29,147 nucleotides of DNA. Origin: a virus (taxonomy: Duplodnaviria; Caudoviricetes). Shown here in pieces: positions 7,831-15,858 of the stretch. Location: IMG/VR virus record IMGVR_UViG_3300042940_001342, positions 1-29,147 of that record. One strand, given 5' to 3'. A model generated the notes under the pieces. It was not told where the DNA came from. It was given only the letters and a program-made list of their open reading frames with translations, and ran no database searches. Position 1 is the first letter of the stretch. The number at the start of each line of letters is the position of its first letter. The translations under genes and the position numbers were made by a program.

Positions 7831-10800
7831 GTGACCGATCGCCCCATCATCCTGCTCGTCAAGGCATCCGCCATTCCCGCCGGTGCGCGCTGGATCACGG
7901 TTCACCCGCACGGCGCCGACTCCAAGGGTCAGCCGGTTCTGATTGAGCCGCAACCGGACGGCGCGGCCAAGGTCATCGGCGGCGCCGGCGGCAAACTGAA
8001 CCACCTGCGCCTGACCGGCGTGCGGAAGGAAGGCTCTTACGCCGACACCATCCGCGACCGGGCGGCGAAGCGCCGGGAGGTGGCCAAGGCGCAGCGCGAG
8101 CGCGACAAGGCGCTGGGCCTGCAAAGCTCCAAGGCCGAAGCGCAGCGCAAGGTCACCTCCCGAATCCGCGAGGTCCGCCGGAAATTCGTCGAGTCCGTGG
8201 CGGCCGCCATGGGCTGGGACGCCGCCGACTACAGGTTTGACCCCGAGCCGCACATCGACAAGGGGGATGAGGTGGTCGCCCGGCTGGCCGTGGCCCATGA
8301 GAAGGCCATGGTGAAGCGCGCTCAGGAGGCGGTGAAGGTCAACCGCGAGCGGCTGCTGGCCGACGCCGCCGCCCGGGCGGAGTCCGGGCTTGGCGCAGTG
8401 CCGCTGGACGAGACCGACCCCGACAAGCTGAGCGTCTCCGACCTCGACCAGACCCGGCGCGAGGGCCTCGGCCTGGGCTTCGCCAAAAACTATCAGAACC
8501 GGGCTGAAGCCGCCGGCGCCAAGCCGGAAGAGGTCAAGGCTGAGGCCGAGGCCGCCCGCGGGCCGCTGAGCGAGGCGCAGCGCAAGGCGGCGATCGCCAA
8601 TGGCGAGACGGCCAAGATCATCCGCGACAACATGGAGATGCTGCGCGACGGCGACCAGATGGCCAAGCTGGCGCCCCAGATGGTCGAGGCCAAGAAATCG
8701 CTGGACCTGCTGAAGCTGGAAAAGCAGCTGAAGATGGCTGAGGCCAAGGCGCGCGAGGCCAGAAAGGACATTGCCGGCGCGACCGAAGAGCCGAAGGCCT
8801 TCATCCTTGAGGTCGACGAGGCGCAGGTCGACGAGAAGGTCGCCGAGGACATCGCCAACGACCTGCGGACCATCTCGACCCGCGCCTTTCTGGCGGAGGC
8901 CGGCAAGGCGGGAACCAGGGCGCAGATGGCGCGCCACATCGGTTCGGGCGCCTACAACTCTGTCAACGCGCTGGCCCTGACCGCCGGCGGCGCGGCGCTC
9001 GTCGATCGGAGCGTGGTCGATGTGCTCGGCGTCGGCGGCGCGGCCACGGTGCTGGCGCGCCGGCTGGCGACCGACCTGAGCCCTGAGGAATTCAAGGCCG
9101 TCGGCGAGGGTGTCGAGGACTTCCACCTGTCGCACTACATGGCGGCCTCAGAGGAAGCGATCGGCCGGGCGAAGGAATTGCAGGACGCGGCGCGCGAGAT
9201 GGAACTCGGCGCCGCCGAACACGGCGAAGACCTCGCGGCCATGCAGGAAATCAACCGCAAGCGCGGCGAGGCCCTGGCAGAGTCCCGCAAGGTGCTGGGC
9301 ACGGCGCTGGGCGAGATGGAGGCCAACGCCGCGCTGGTGCTGGCCATGAAGGGTGGCAAGAGCGACAAGCCACTGGAAGTGAGCCTCGGCGAGGTGTCGA
9401 CCGAGTCGGCCATCTCTCAGCTGCGCGCCATCGGCCTGCAGCGTGGCGACTACACGCTGGAAACGGCCGCCGGAAACCGCGTCGTCCAGATCAAGCCGCA
9501 AGGCCTTGACCGGCTGGCGGCGCCGGTGAACCGCGCCGACCTTGAACAGGTCCGGCGTAACCTCGACATCATCTCGGGAGTGCACGATGAAGACAACTGG
9601 CTTCCTATCGGGTTCGCGAACCGCCCTGACCTCGGCGCTGACATCAAGCCTGGTGCGGCTCCTTCACTGGCTGTTCCCTTTGGGCCCGGCCCTGACCTTG
9701 AGGCCGGCATACGCGACTACATCGGCGGTCGCGCGGCTGACGGCGACACGCCGGCTGACATTGTGGCCGACCTCCAATCGGCTGACTTCTTCCGGAAGGT
9801 AGGGCCGGACCGGAGCGCGGCGTATAGGGCCGCGCTCGATAAGCTGGCGCCGCTGACCGATGACGGCGGCACGCTCCAGCAGGCGGAGGCCCTGAGGCCC
9901 GCCTTTGAGAGCATGGCGGATGCGTTCGTGGCTGATCGCTACGGCGCTGACCGCTCCCCTCTCCACCGCCAGACGTTCGCCGTCGATGACACGGCGGCGG
10001 ACGCTCTGCACCGCGCCCTGGCCGCTGAGCCGGCCGGGGTGGCGGCCTACAAGCCGATCGGCGAGATGACCCCGCATGATCAGCGGGCGCTGCGCGAGCA
10101 CTTCGCCAAGCACATCGCCAAGGAATCGCCTGAGGCGGCCGGCCTGCGCCACACCCTTGAGCGGCTCGAGTCGTCCGAACCCGAGCGCGAGGTCGAGGAC
10201 ATGTTCGGCGACAAGGGGACCAGCCCTGAGTGGACCGCCTGGAGCCAGCAGAAGGCCGACCTGTCGGCTCAAGTGAGCGCGGCCTCGGTGACGTGGCCGA
10301 AGTACGTCGAGGCCATGCACGGGCCGGAAAAGGCCTATGCCGCGATGCAGGACGTCATTCGGTCGTCGGTGTCGCGCGGCTTCGCCGACAACTACAACCG
10401 GCTCAAGCCCGATGCGCCGCTCAAGGTCGGCCGCGCGGCCATCCGCGAGAACCTGAACCACCTGGACGCCGTCGACCCCAAGGCCCGCGATGCGCGGCTG
10501 GCGAAAGAGCGGGCCCTGACCGATAGCCTGCGCGACCGGGTCGCCGGCAAGTATGCCTCGGGGTCGGTGCGCGACAAGCTGGACCGGGCCCGCGACGAGG
10601 AAGCGGGCCTCGCCGCGGCGCAGATGGGGTTCTTCTCCTCAGATGAGGCGCCGGCGGGCGCGGAGGCGGCGCTGGAAGGCGATGAGCGCTGGACGCTGGG
10701 TCACGCGGCCGAACGCCAGATTGCCGGCCTCATGCCGACCGTGGGGGCCAACTTCAAGCCCGGCCAACCGGTGCGCCTCGGCAAGCCTGAGATGAGCGGC

Positions 10801-12357
10801 GGCAAGAACGCGCCGCGGCAACGGGCCATCAAGATGGTCGAGGCCAACAAGCGCGCCGTCCTGTCGTTCGGCACCGGCTCGGGCAAAACGGCGATCGGGC
10901 TGGGGGCCTTCACCCACCTGCACGCCAAGGGCAAGGTCAAGCGCGGCCTGTTCCTCGCGCCGTCGATCGCGCAGGGCGGTTTTGGCGCCGACGCGCTCAA
11001 GTACCTGAAGCCCGGCGCCTACAAATGGCACTGCCAGCCGGGCGCCGGCCGTGAAGAGCGCCTCGCCGCCTACCGCGACCCGTCGAACCATTTCGCGGTG
11101 ATGACGCATCAGGCGTTCCGCGACGACATGCTGCACCTCGGCGCTGGCCATGCCGGCATCAGCGAAGAGGAGATGAGCGGCCAGCTGGCGACCATGGACC
11201 GCAAGGGCCGGGCCGACTGGCTGCGCGGCGTCATGCGCCGTGAGGGTATCAGCTTCGACTACCTCAACGTCGACGAGGGCCACGACACCCTGAACCGCAA
11301 GGGCAAGGAAAACTCCGGTCTGGCCAACGTCGTCGACGCCATGGGCGACATCGCCAGCCACTACGTGAGCGCCTCGGCGGATCCCGTGAAGAACGACTAC
11401 AGCGAGGCCTTCTCCCTGCTGTCGAAGATGGACCCCGAACGCTACACCGATGAGGCGGCCTTCACCCGTCGATATGGCGTCGACACCCTGGCGGCCAAGG
11501 ACAGCCTGCGCCGCGAGCTCGCCCGTTTCCAGTACCCGTCGAAGATCGACCCTGACATCACCGCGACCCGGTCTGAACGCAAGGTCGAGGTGACGCCGGC
11601 GCAACGGGCCGATCTGGAAGCGCTGGACGGCCATATGGCGGCGGCGCGCATCGCCCGGATGCAGGGCAAGGTCGACGTGGCGGCGCTCAAGGCGATCAGC
11701 CCGTCGTCGTTTGAGGGGGTGCCGGCCGACCAGCATGAGGCGCTGGCCGGCGAGTTGTCGAAAAGTCTCGGCATCCTGAAGCAGACTGCGGTGCGCCACC
11801 TGCTGGATTCGCACCCCGAGGGGGGAAAGATTGAGGAAATCTCAAAGGTTGCCCGCGAGCACGCCGGCAAGCCCGGTGTCGTGTTCGCCCATAGCCTTGA
11901 GGCGGTCGAGGGCCTGAGGAAGCGGCTGGCCAGCGAAGGCTACCGGGTCGGCACGATCACCGGCAAGGACAGCGCTCGCGACAAGGCCAAACGCATCGCC
12001 GAATTCAACCCGGCCGCCGGCGCCGCCGACCTCGACATCATGATCTGCTCGGACGCCGGCGCCACCGGGGCCAACCTGCAGTCTGGCCGGTGGCTGGCCA
12101 ACTTCGACACCCCGATGACGGCGAAGACGCACGCCCAGCGCAACGGCCGCATCAACCGCATTGGCCAGACCAACGACGTCGACCTGATCGACCTGGTGAC
12201 CGACCACCCCGAGGAAGCGCGCAACCGGGACCGGCTGACGCGCAAGTATGCCCTGCGCGACATGATGACCACGCCCATGGAGTCTCTGGACGACACCGGC
12301 CTGGCGCACTTCATCCGCCAGCGACAAATTGCCCGAGCCGAGGGCGGCGTTTCGTAG
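7831..12357 (+). CDS. Large SNF2/SF2 helicase-domain protein with a long, probably helical N-terminal region, 1508 aa
   Basis: FGTGSGKT (10867-10890), VDEGH, SADPVKN, ATGANLQ, QRNGRINRIGQ; GTG start; no MTase motifs seen. Confidence 0.85.
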   Translation: MTDRPIILLVKASAIPAGARWITVHPHGADSKGQPVLIEPQPDGAAKVIGGAGGKLNHLRLTGVRKEGSYADTIRDRAAKRREVAKAQRERDKALGLQSSKAEAQRKVTSRIREVRRKFVESVAAAMGWDAADYRFDPEPHIDKGDEVVARLAVAHEKAMVKRAQEAVKVNRERLLADAAARAESGLGAVPLDETDPDKLSVSDLDQTRREGLGLGFAKNYQNRAEAAGAKPEEVKAEAEAARGPLSEAQRKAAIANGETAKIIRDNMEMLRDGDQMAKLAPQMVEAKKSLDLLKLEKQLKMAEAKAREARKDIAGATEEPKAFILEVDEAQVDEKVAEDIANDLRTISTRAFLAEAGKAGTRAQMARHIGSGAYNSVNALALTAGGAALVDRSVVDVLGVGGAATVLARRLATDLSPEEFKAVGEGVEDFHLSHYMAASEEAIGRAKELQDAAREMELGAAEHGEDLAAMQEINRKRGEALAESRKVLGTALGEMEANAALVLAMKGGKSDKPLEVSLGEVSTESAISQLRAIGLQRGDYTLETAAGNRVVQIKPQGLDRLAAPVNRADLEQVRRNLDIISGVHDEDNWLPIGFANRPDLGADIKPGAAPSLAVPFGPGPDLEAGIRDYIGGRAADGDTPADIVADLQSADFFRKVGPDRSAAYRAALDKLAPLTDDGGTLQQAEALRPAFESMADAFVADRYGADRSPLHRQTFAVDDTAADALHRALAAEPAGVAAYKPIGEMTPHDQRALREHFAKHIAKESPEAAGLRHTLERLESSEPEREVEDMFGDKGTSPEWTAWSQQKADLSAQVSAASVTWPKYVEAMHGPEKAYAAMQDVIRSSVSRGFADNYNRLKPDAPLKVGRAAIRENLNHLDAVDPKARDARLAKERALTDSLRDRVAGKYASGSVRDKLDRARDEEAGLAAAQMGFFSSDEAPAGAEAALEGDERWTLGHAAERQIAGLMPTVGANFKPGQPVRLGKPEMSGGKNAPRQRAIKMVEANKRAVLSFGTGSGKTAIGLGAFTHLHAKGKVKRGLFLAPSIAQGGFGADALKYLKPGAYKWHCQPGAGREERLAAYRDPSNHFAVMTHQAFRDDMLHLGAGHAGISEEEMSGQLATMDRKGRADWLRGVMRREGISFDYLNVDEGHDTLNRKGKENSGLANVVDAMGDIASHYVSASADPVKNDYSEAFSLLSKMDPERYTDEAAFTRRYGVDTLAAKDSLRRELARFQYPSKIDPDITATRSERKVEVTPAQRADLEALDGHMAAARIARMQGKVDVAALKAISPSSFEGVPADQHEALAGELSKSLGILKQTAVRHLLDSHPEGGKIEEISKVAREHAGKPGVVFAHSLEAVEGLRKRLASEGYRVGTITGKDSARDKAKRIAEFNPAAGAADLDIMICSDAGATGANLQSGRWLANFDTPMTAKTHAQRNGRINRIGQTNDVDLIDLVTDHPEEARNRDRLTRKYALRDMMTTPMESLDDTGLAHFIRQRQIARAEGGVS

Positions 12358-12407
12358 TCGCCACCTGCATCATCTTCGCTACAGTGCCCGCCTGATCAGG
12401 GGCGTTC

Positions 12408-13682
12408 ATGACCGAACCTTACGTGCTGCACCTCGGGGACTCCCGAGTGTTCCTGCAACTGCTGGCCGCCGATAGCGTCGACGCGGTCGTGTGCGATCCG
12501 CCGTATGCGTTGACGTCGATCGTCAAGCGGTACGGCGGGCCCAACGCGAAAGCCACGACGGCCGGCGTCTATGGCCGGTCGGCGGCGGGCTTCATGGGGC
12601 AGCGCTGGGACACCGGGGAGACCGCCTTCGACTGGCGGTTCTGGCGCGAGGTGCTGCGGGTGCTGAAACCCGGTGGCTACCTGATCGCCGCCAGCGGCAC
12701 GCGCACCTACCACCACCTGGCCATGGCGATCGAGGATGCCGGGTTTGAGCTCCGCGACATGATCAGCTGGCTATACGGCTCAGGGTTCCCCAAGTCGCAC
12801 AACCACATGATCGACGGCGAGAAGTGGGGCACGGCGCTCAAGCCGGCCTGCGAGCCGTGGGTGCTGGCGCGCAAGCCGCTGATCGGGAGCGTGGCGGCGA
12901 ACATTGCCGAGCACGGGACCGGGGCCATGAACATCGACGGGTGCCGCATCCCGACCGATGAGAGTCTGAATGGCGGGGCCTATTCAGATGGTGGTCGCGC
13001 GGCTCTGCCCGGTGATGCGCGTACCGGCGCGGCTGCTGGAATGTTCGCAGAGGGTGGCGGACGCCTGCCCGGCCAGTTCGCGCAGCCAGAGGGCCGTTGG
13101 CCGGCCAACGTCATCCATGACGCCTCACCCGAGGTCGAGGCGGCCTTCGCGGTCTACGGCGAGCGGGGCGCCAGCGCGCCGGTGCGCGGCTCCGAACCCT
13201 CGGCGGTCACGGCCGGCATCTACGGCCAGTTCAACGCCCGCGTCCCCGGCGCCTTCCATGGCGACAGCGGCACGGCGGCGCGGTTCTTCTACGGCGCCAA
13301 GGCCAGCCGGTCGGACCGCGACGAGGGGTGCGAGCACCTGGCCAGCCAGATGGCCGGCATGAGAAGCGAGAACAGCGTCCAGCACATCACCCGGCGGGAT
13401 GACGACTATGACCCTCAGCCCGTCAAGAACAACCACCCGACGGTGAAGCCGACCGACCTCATGGCGTACCTCTGCCGGCTGGTGACCCCCAAGGGCGGGC
13501 TGGTGCTGGATCCCTTCATGGGTTCTGGATCGACCGGCAAGGCGGCCATGATCGAAGGGTTTCGCTTCATCGGCATAGAGCGTGACCCGCACTACATGAG
13601 CATCGCCCACGCGCGGGTGGAATTCGGCTGGCAAAAGCGCCTCGCCGACACCGCCCAAGGCAACCTGTTTGGAGACCTCTGA
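12408..13682 (+). CDS. Beta-class N6-adenine/N4-cytosine DNA methyltransferase
   Basis: Catalytic DPPY near the N-terminus, GSGFPKS, HPTVKP, and SAM-binding LDPFMGSGSTG near the C-terminus. Confidence 0.92.
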   Translation: MTEPYVLHLGDSRVFLQLLAADSVDAVVCDPPYALTSIVKRYGGPNAKATTAGVYGRSAAGFMGQRWDTGETAFDWRFWREVLRVLKPGGYLIAASGTRTYHHLAMAIEDAGFELRDMISWLYGSGFPKSHNHMIDGEKWGTALKPACEPWVLARKPLIGSVAANIAEHGTGAMNIDGCRIPTDESLNGGAYSDGGRAALPGDARTGAAAGMFAEGGGRLPGQFAQPEGRWPANVIHDASPEVEAAFAVYGERGASAPVRGSEPSAVTAGIYGQFNARVPGAFHGDSGTAARFFYGAKASRSDRDEGCEHLASQMAGMRSENSVQHITRRDDDYDPQPVKNNHPTVKPTDLMAYLCRLVTPKGGLVLDPFMGSGSTGKAAMIEGFRFIGIERDPHYMSIAHARVEFGWQKRLADTAQGNLFGDL

Positions 13683-13912
13683 TGCACCCCGATCCCAATA
13701 AGCTGCGCCGGCTCCTCGCCGACAACGCCGCGGCAACCGCCGCCGTGGCCCGGTCCGACACGGCCATTCAGAATGCCGCCGGCACGCGCCGTGAGGCGGT
13801 GGAGGCGGAGATGGCCAAGCACCGGCCCACCGCCCTGACCGACCCGGCGTCTGGCGAGGCCTACCTCAAGGCCGTCGCTGAGCGTGGCCAGCTGGACGGC
13901 ATCACCCGGTGA
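13682..13912 (+). CDS. Hypothetical 76-aa protein
   Basis: TGATG stop/start overlap with the MTase; GGAG upstream. Confidence 0.65.
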   Translation: MHPDPNKLRRLLADNAAATAAVARSDTAIQNAAGTRREAVEAEMAKHRPTALTDPASGEAYLKAVAERGQLDGITR

Positions 13913-14193
13913 TCAACCCGTTCGTGATCGCCCGCGTTGCCAAGTCCCTGCGGATTCACCCCGAGACAGCACACCTCGCCTGCCTTCTGGCGGTGGAGCC
14001 GATGACGATGGGCCAGCTGATGTCCGTCACCGGCCTGTCGATGGAACAGGTGTGGGCGCGTCTGGCTACGCTCCGCCGGAAATTCGGTGGCGAGAACGTG
14101 CTTCGCGAGGTGTCTTTCAGCGTCACGGCGGCTGGCCGGTCAGCCATCCTTGACGTCGCGCACCCATCGCCAGAAGACCCCGAAGGGGAATAA
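13909..14193 (+). CDS. Small winged-HTH-like DNA-binding protein
   Basis: GTGA overlap with the previous gene; PMTMGQLMSVTGLSMEQVWARLATL has an HTH pattern; the downstream VTAAGR is MarR-like. Confidence 0.6.
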   Translation: MINPFVIARVAKSLRIHPETAHLACLLAVEPMTMGQLMSVTGLSMEQVWARLATLRRKFGGENVLREVSFSVTAAGRSAILDVAHPSPEDPEGE

Positions 14194-14223
14194 TCTCTAG
14201 GGCGGTTTTCGCCTGTCGCAATG

Positions 14224-14244
14224 TCGTGACGACATATTCGCGGC
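14224..14244 (+). promoter_or_regulatory. TCGTGAC late-promoter-like motif, copy 4 (head operon)
   Basis: TCGTGAC-GA-CATATT-CGCGGC-ATG (14245). Confidence 0.78.
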
Positions 14245-15144
14245 ATGTTGCTGAGCGACTCCGCCATGCTTGAATCCGCGCCCGACTTCGTGTCGGTGGG
14301 CGGACTCCTGAAAGCGACCCCCTTCATGGAGGCGGGCCGGCGCATCCTCTATTTCGAGGCCTCAAACGAGGGTGTCGATCAGCAGGATGAGGTCGTTGCC
14401 GCCAAGGCGCTGGCCGAGTCGGCGGACTTCTACCTGCGCTACGGCAACGTCGACGTCGACCATTTCACGCTCGTAGGAGCGAAGGCCGGCATCCCGGACT
14501 ATCCCACCTATGAGATTGGCCGCCCCCTCGATGTGGGGCAGCGCAGCGGCTCGACCTTCGTCAAATCGGAGATTTTCTCCGGTGAAGGCCAGATGGCCGA
14601 GAAGGCCAACATGGTGTGGGACAGCCTGACCAAACTGAACCCGCCCCAGCGCTGGTATCCCTCCGTCGGCGGCGCCGTCCTGGCGAAGTCAATTCACGTC
14701 GACCCGCAAACGCAGGCCCGCCGCACGGTGGTGGCCAAGGTGCGCTGGCAGAATGTCGGCCTGAGCAAAACCCCGGTGAACCAGCATGTCGCGGCCTGCG
14801 GCGTCATGCCCATGGGCGTGTTCGCCAAGAGCATGATGGCCGGCGGCCTGATCGACCTGAGCAAGGCGCTGGATAGCGGCGGCTACGGGACCGACTCGGC
14901 GACCCTGGCCGGCGGCGCCGCGCTGCGCACGCAATCGCTGGATCGCCAGCCGAAGTCCTATTGGGATTTCCGCAACAAAATCTCCGACGACATGCGCTCG
15001 GGCGCGATCGGAAAGAAGCCGAAGAGCGCCGATCTGGTGGCGCACGCGGCCAAGGAATTCGGGCTCTCGCAAGGCGATGCAGCCGAATACGTCGAGCGCT
15101 TCATGCGCGACCTGCAGAATGGACTGAAAAGGAAAGCCGCATGA
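14245..15144 (+). CDS. Putative prohead maturation protease
   Basis: Position before scaffold and capsid; ASNEGVDQQDEVV, GNVDVDH, YPSVGG and VGLSKTPVN resemble herpes/HK97-fold prohead protease motifs (His, Ser, T..PxN). Confidence 0.7.
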   Translation: MLLSDSAMLESAPDFVSVGGLLKATPFMEAGRRILYFEASNEGVDQQDEVVAAKALAESADFYLRYGNVDVDHFTLVGAKAGIPDYPTYEIGRPLDVGQRSGSTFVKSEIFSGEGQMAEKANMVWDSLTKLNPPQRWYPSVGGAVLAKSIHVDPQTQARRTVVAKVRWQNVGLSKTPVNQHVAACGVMPMGVFAKSMMAGGLIDLSKALDSGGYGTDSATLAGGAALRTQSLDRQPKSYWDFRNKISDDMRSGAIGKKPKSADLVAHAAKEFGLSQGDAAEYVERFMRDLQNGLKRKAA

Positions 15145-15791
15145 CCGCCAAGACCGGGTTCGATGCTCTGCTCGAAGAAATCAACGGCCTGAACGCCGAA
15201 ACCGCCGACCTGGCGAAGGCCTTCGGCGATGACGCCGACAAGATGGCCGCCGAGGGTGATGATGATGACGACAAGGCCGGTGAAAGCACCGCCGCCGATG
15301 ACGACGCCATCGCCGAGGCCGCTGCCGAGGGTGATGAGGACGGCGAGCCGATGGGCAAGTCGTTTCAACTGACCCTGGCCGACGGCACCGTTGTCGACGC
15401 CGTCGACGGCGCCGAGATGATCAAGTCGCTGGCCGCCCGCCTCGACGCCAACGAGGCCGCGACCCAAGGCGCCCTCGGCGCCGCCCTGACCCTGATCAAG
15501 GGCCAAGGCGCCCTGATCAAGTCGATGAGTTCGCAGATGTCTGTGCTGGCCAACAAGGGCGCTGGTCGCAAGACCGTCCTGACCATCAACGAGCGCACCC
15601 CGGCCGCGACCCCGGTCAACACGCCCGAGCAGTCGGCCGGCCTCAACGGGACCGAGTTCATGGCGAAGGCCATGGGCGCGATGACCGCCGGTCGCCTGAC
15701 CGCCCGCGATATCGCTGTGGCGGAGACGTACATCAACAACGGGGAGCAACCCCCGGCCGCCATCGTCCAAGCCGTCATGAGCGCCGGCTAA
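15141..15791 (+). CDS. Putative capsid scaffolding protein (start reassigned to ATG 15141)
   Basis: ATGA overlap with the protease stop; AAGGAA upstream; acidic low-complexity and helical; several (L/M/I)xK(S/A) sites. Confidence 0.7.
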   Translation: MTAKTGFDALLEEINGLNAETADLAKAFGDDADKMAAEGDDDDDKAGESTAADDDAIAEAAAEGDEDGEPMGKSFQLTLADGTVVDAVDGAEMIKSLAARLDANEAATQGALGAALTLIKGQGALIKSMSSQMSVLANKGAGRKTVLTINERTPAATPVNTPEQSAGLNGTEFMAKAMGAMTAGRLTARDIAVAETYINNGEQPPAAIVQAVMSAG

Positions 15792-15858
15792 CCCCCTCAA
15801 CCCCTAACCCCCCAAGAGTCGCGCCCCCCGTCGGTCGCATCACCCGGAGTGAACTTCC

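Noticed and set aside
1486-13682. Helicases plus MTases as a host defence system (type III R-M, BREX, DISARM)
   Set aside because: No nuclease, PglZ, PLD or specificity subunit recognised; context and promoters tie these genes to the virion module.
14200-14214. GGCG-GTTTT-CGCC hairpin after the HTH gene
   Set aside because: Stem too short and no U tract to call a terminator.
14961-15140. N-terminal extension of the scaffold ORF in the track (likewise 17341-17421 and 18691-18927)
   Set aside because: These extensions overlap upstream genes or a terminator; coupled or RBS-supported ATGs at 15141, 17422 and 18928 are better starts.
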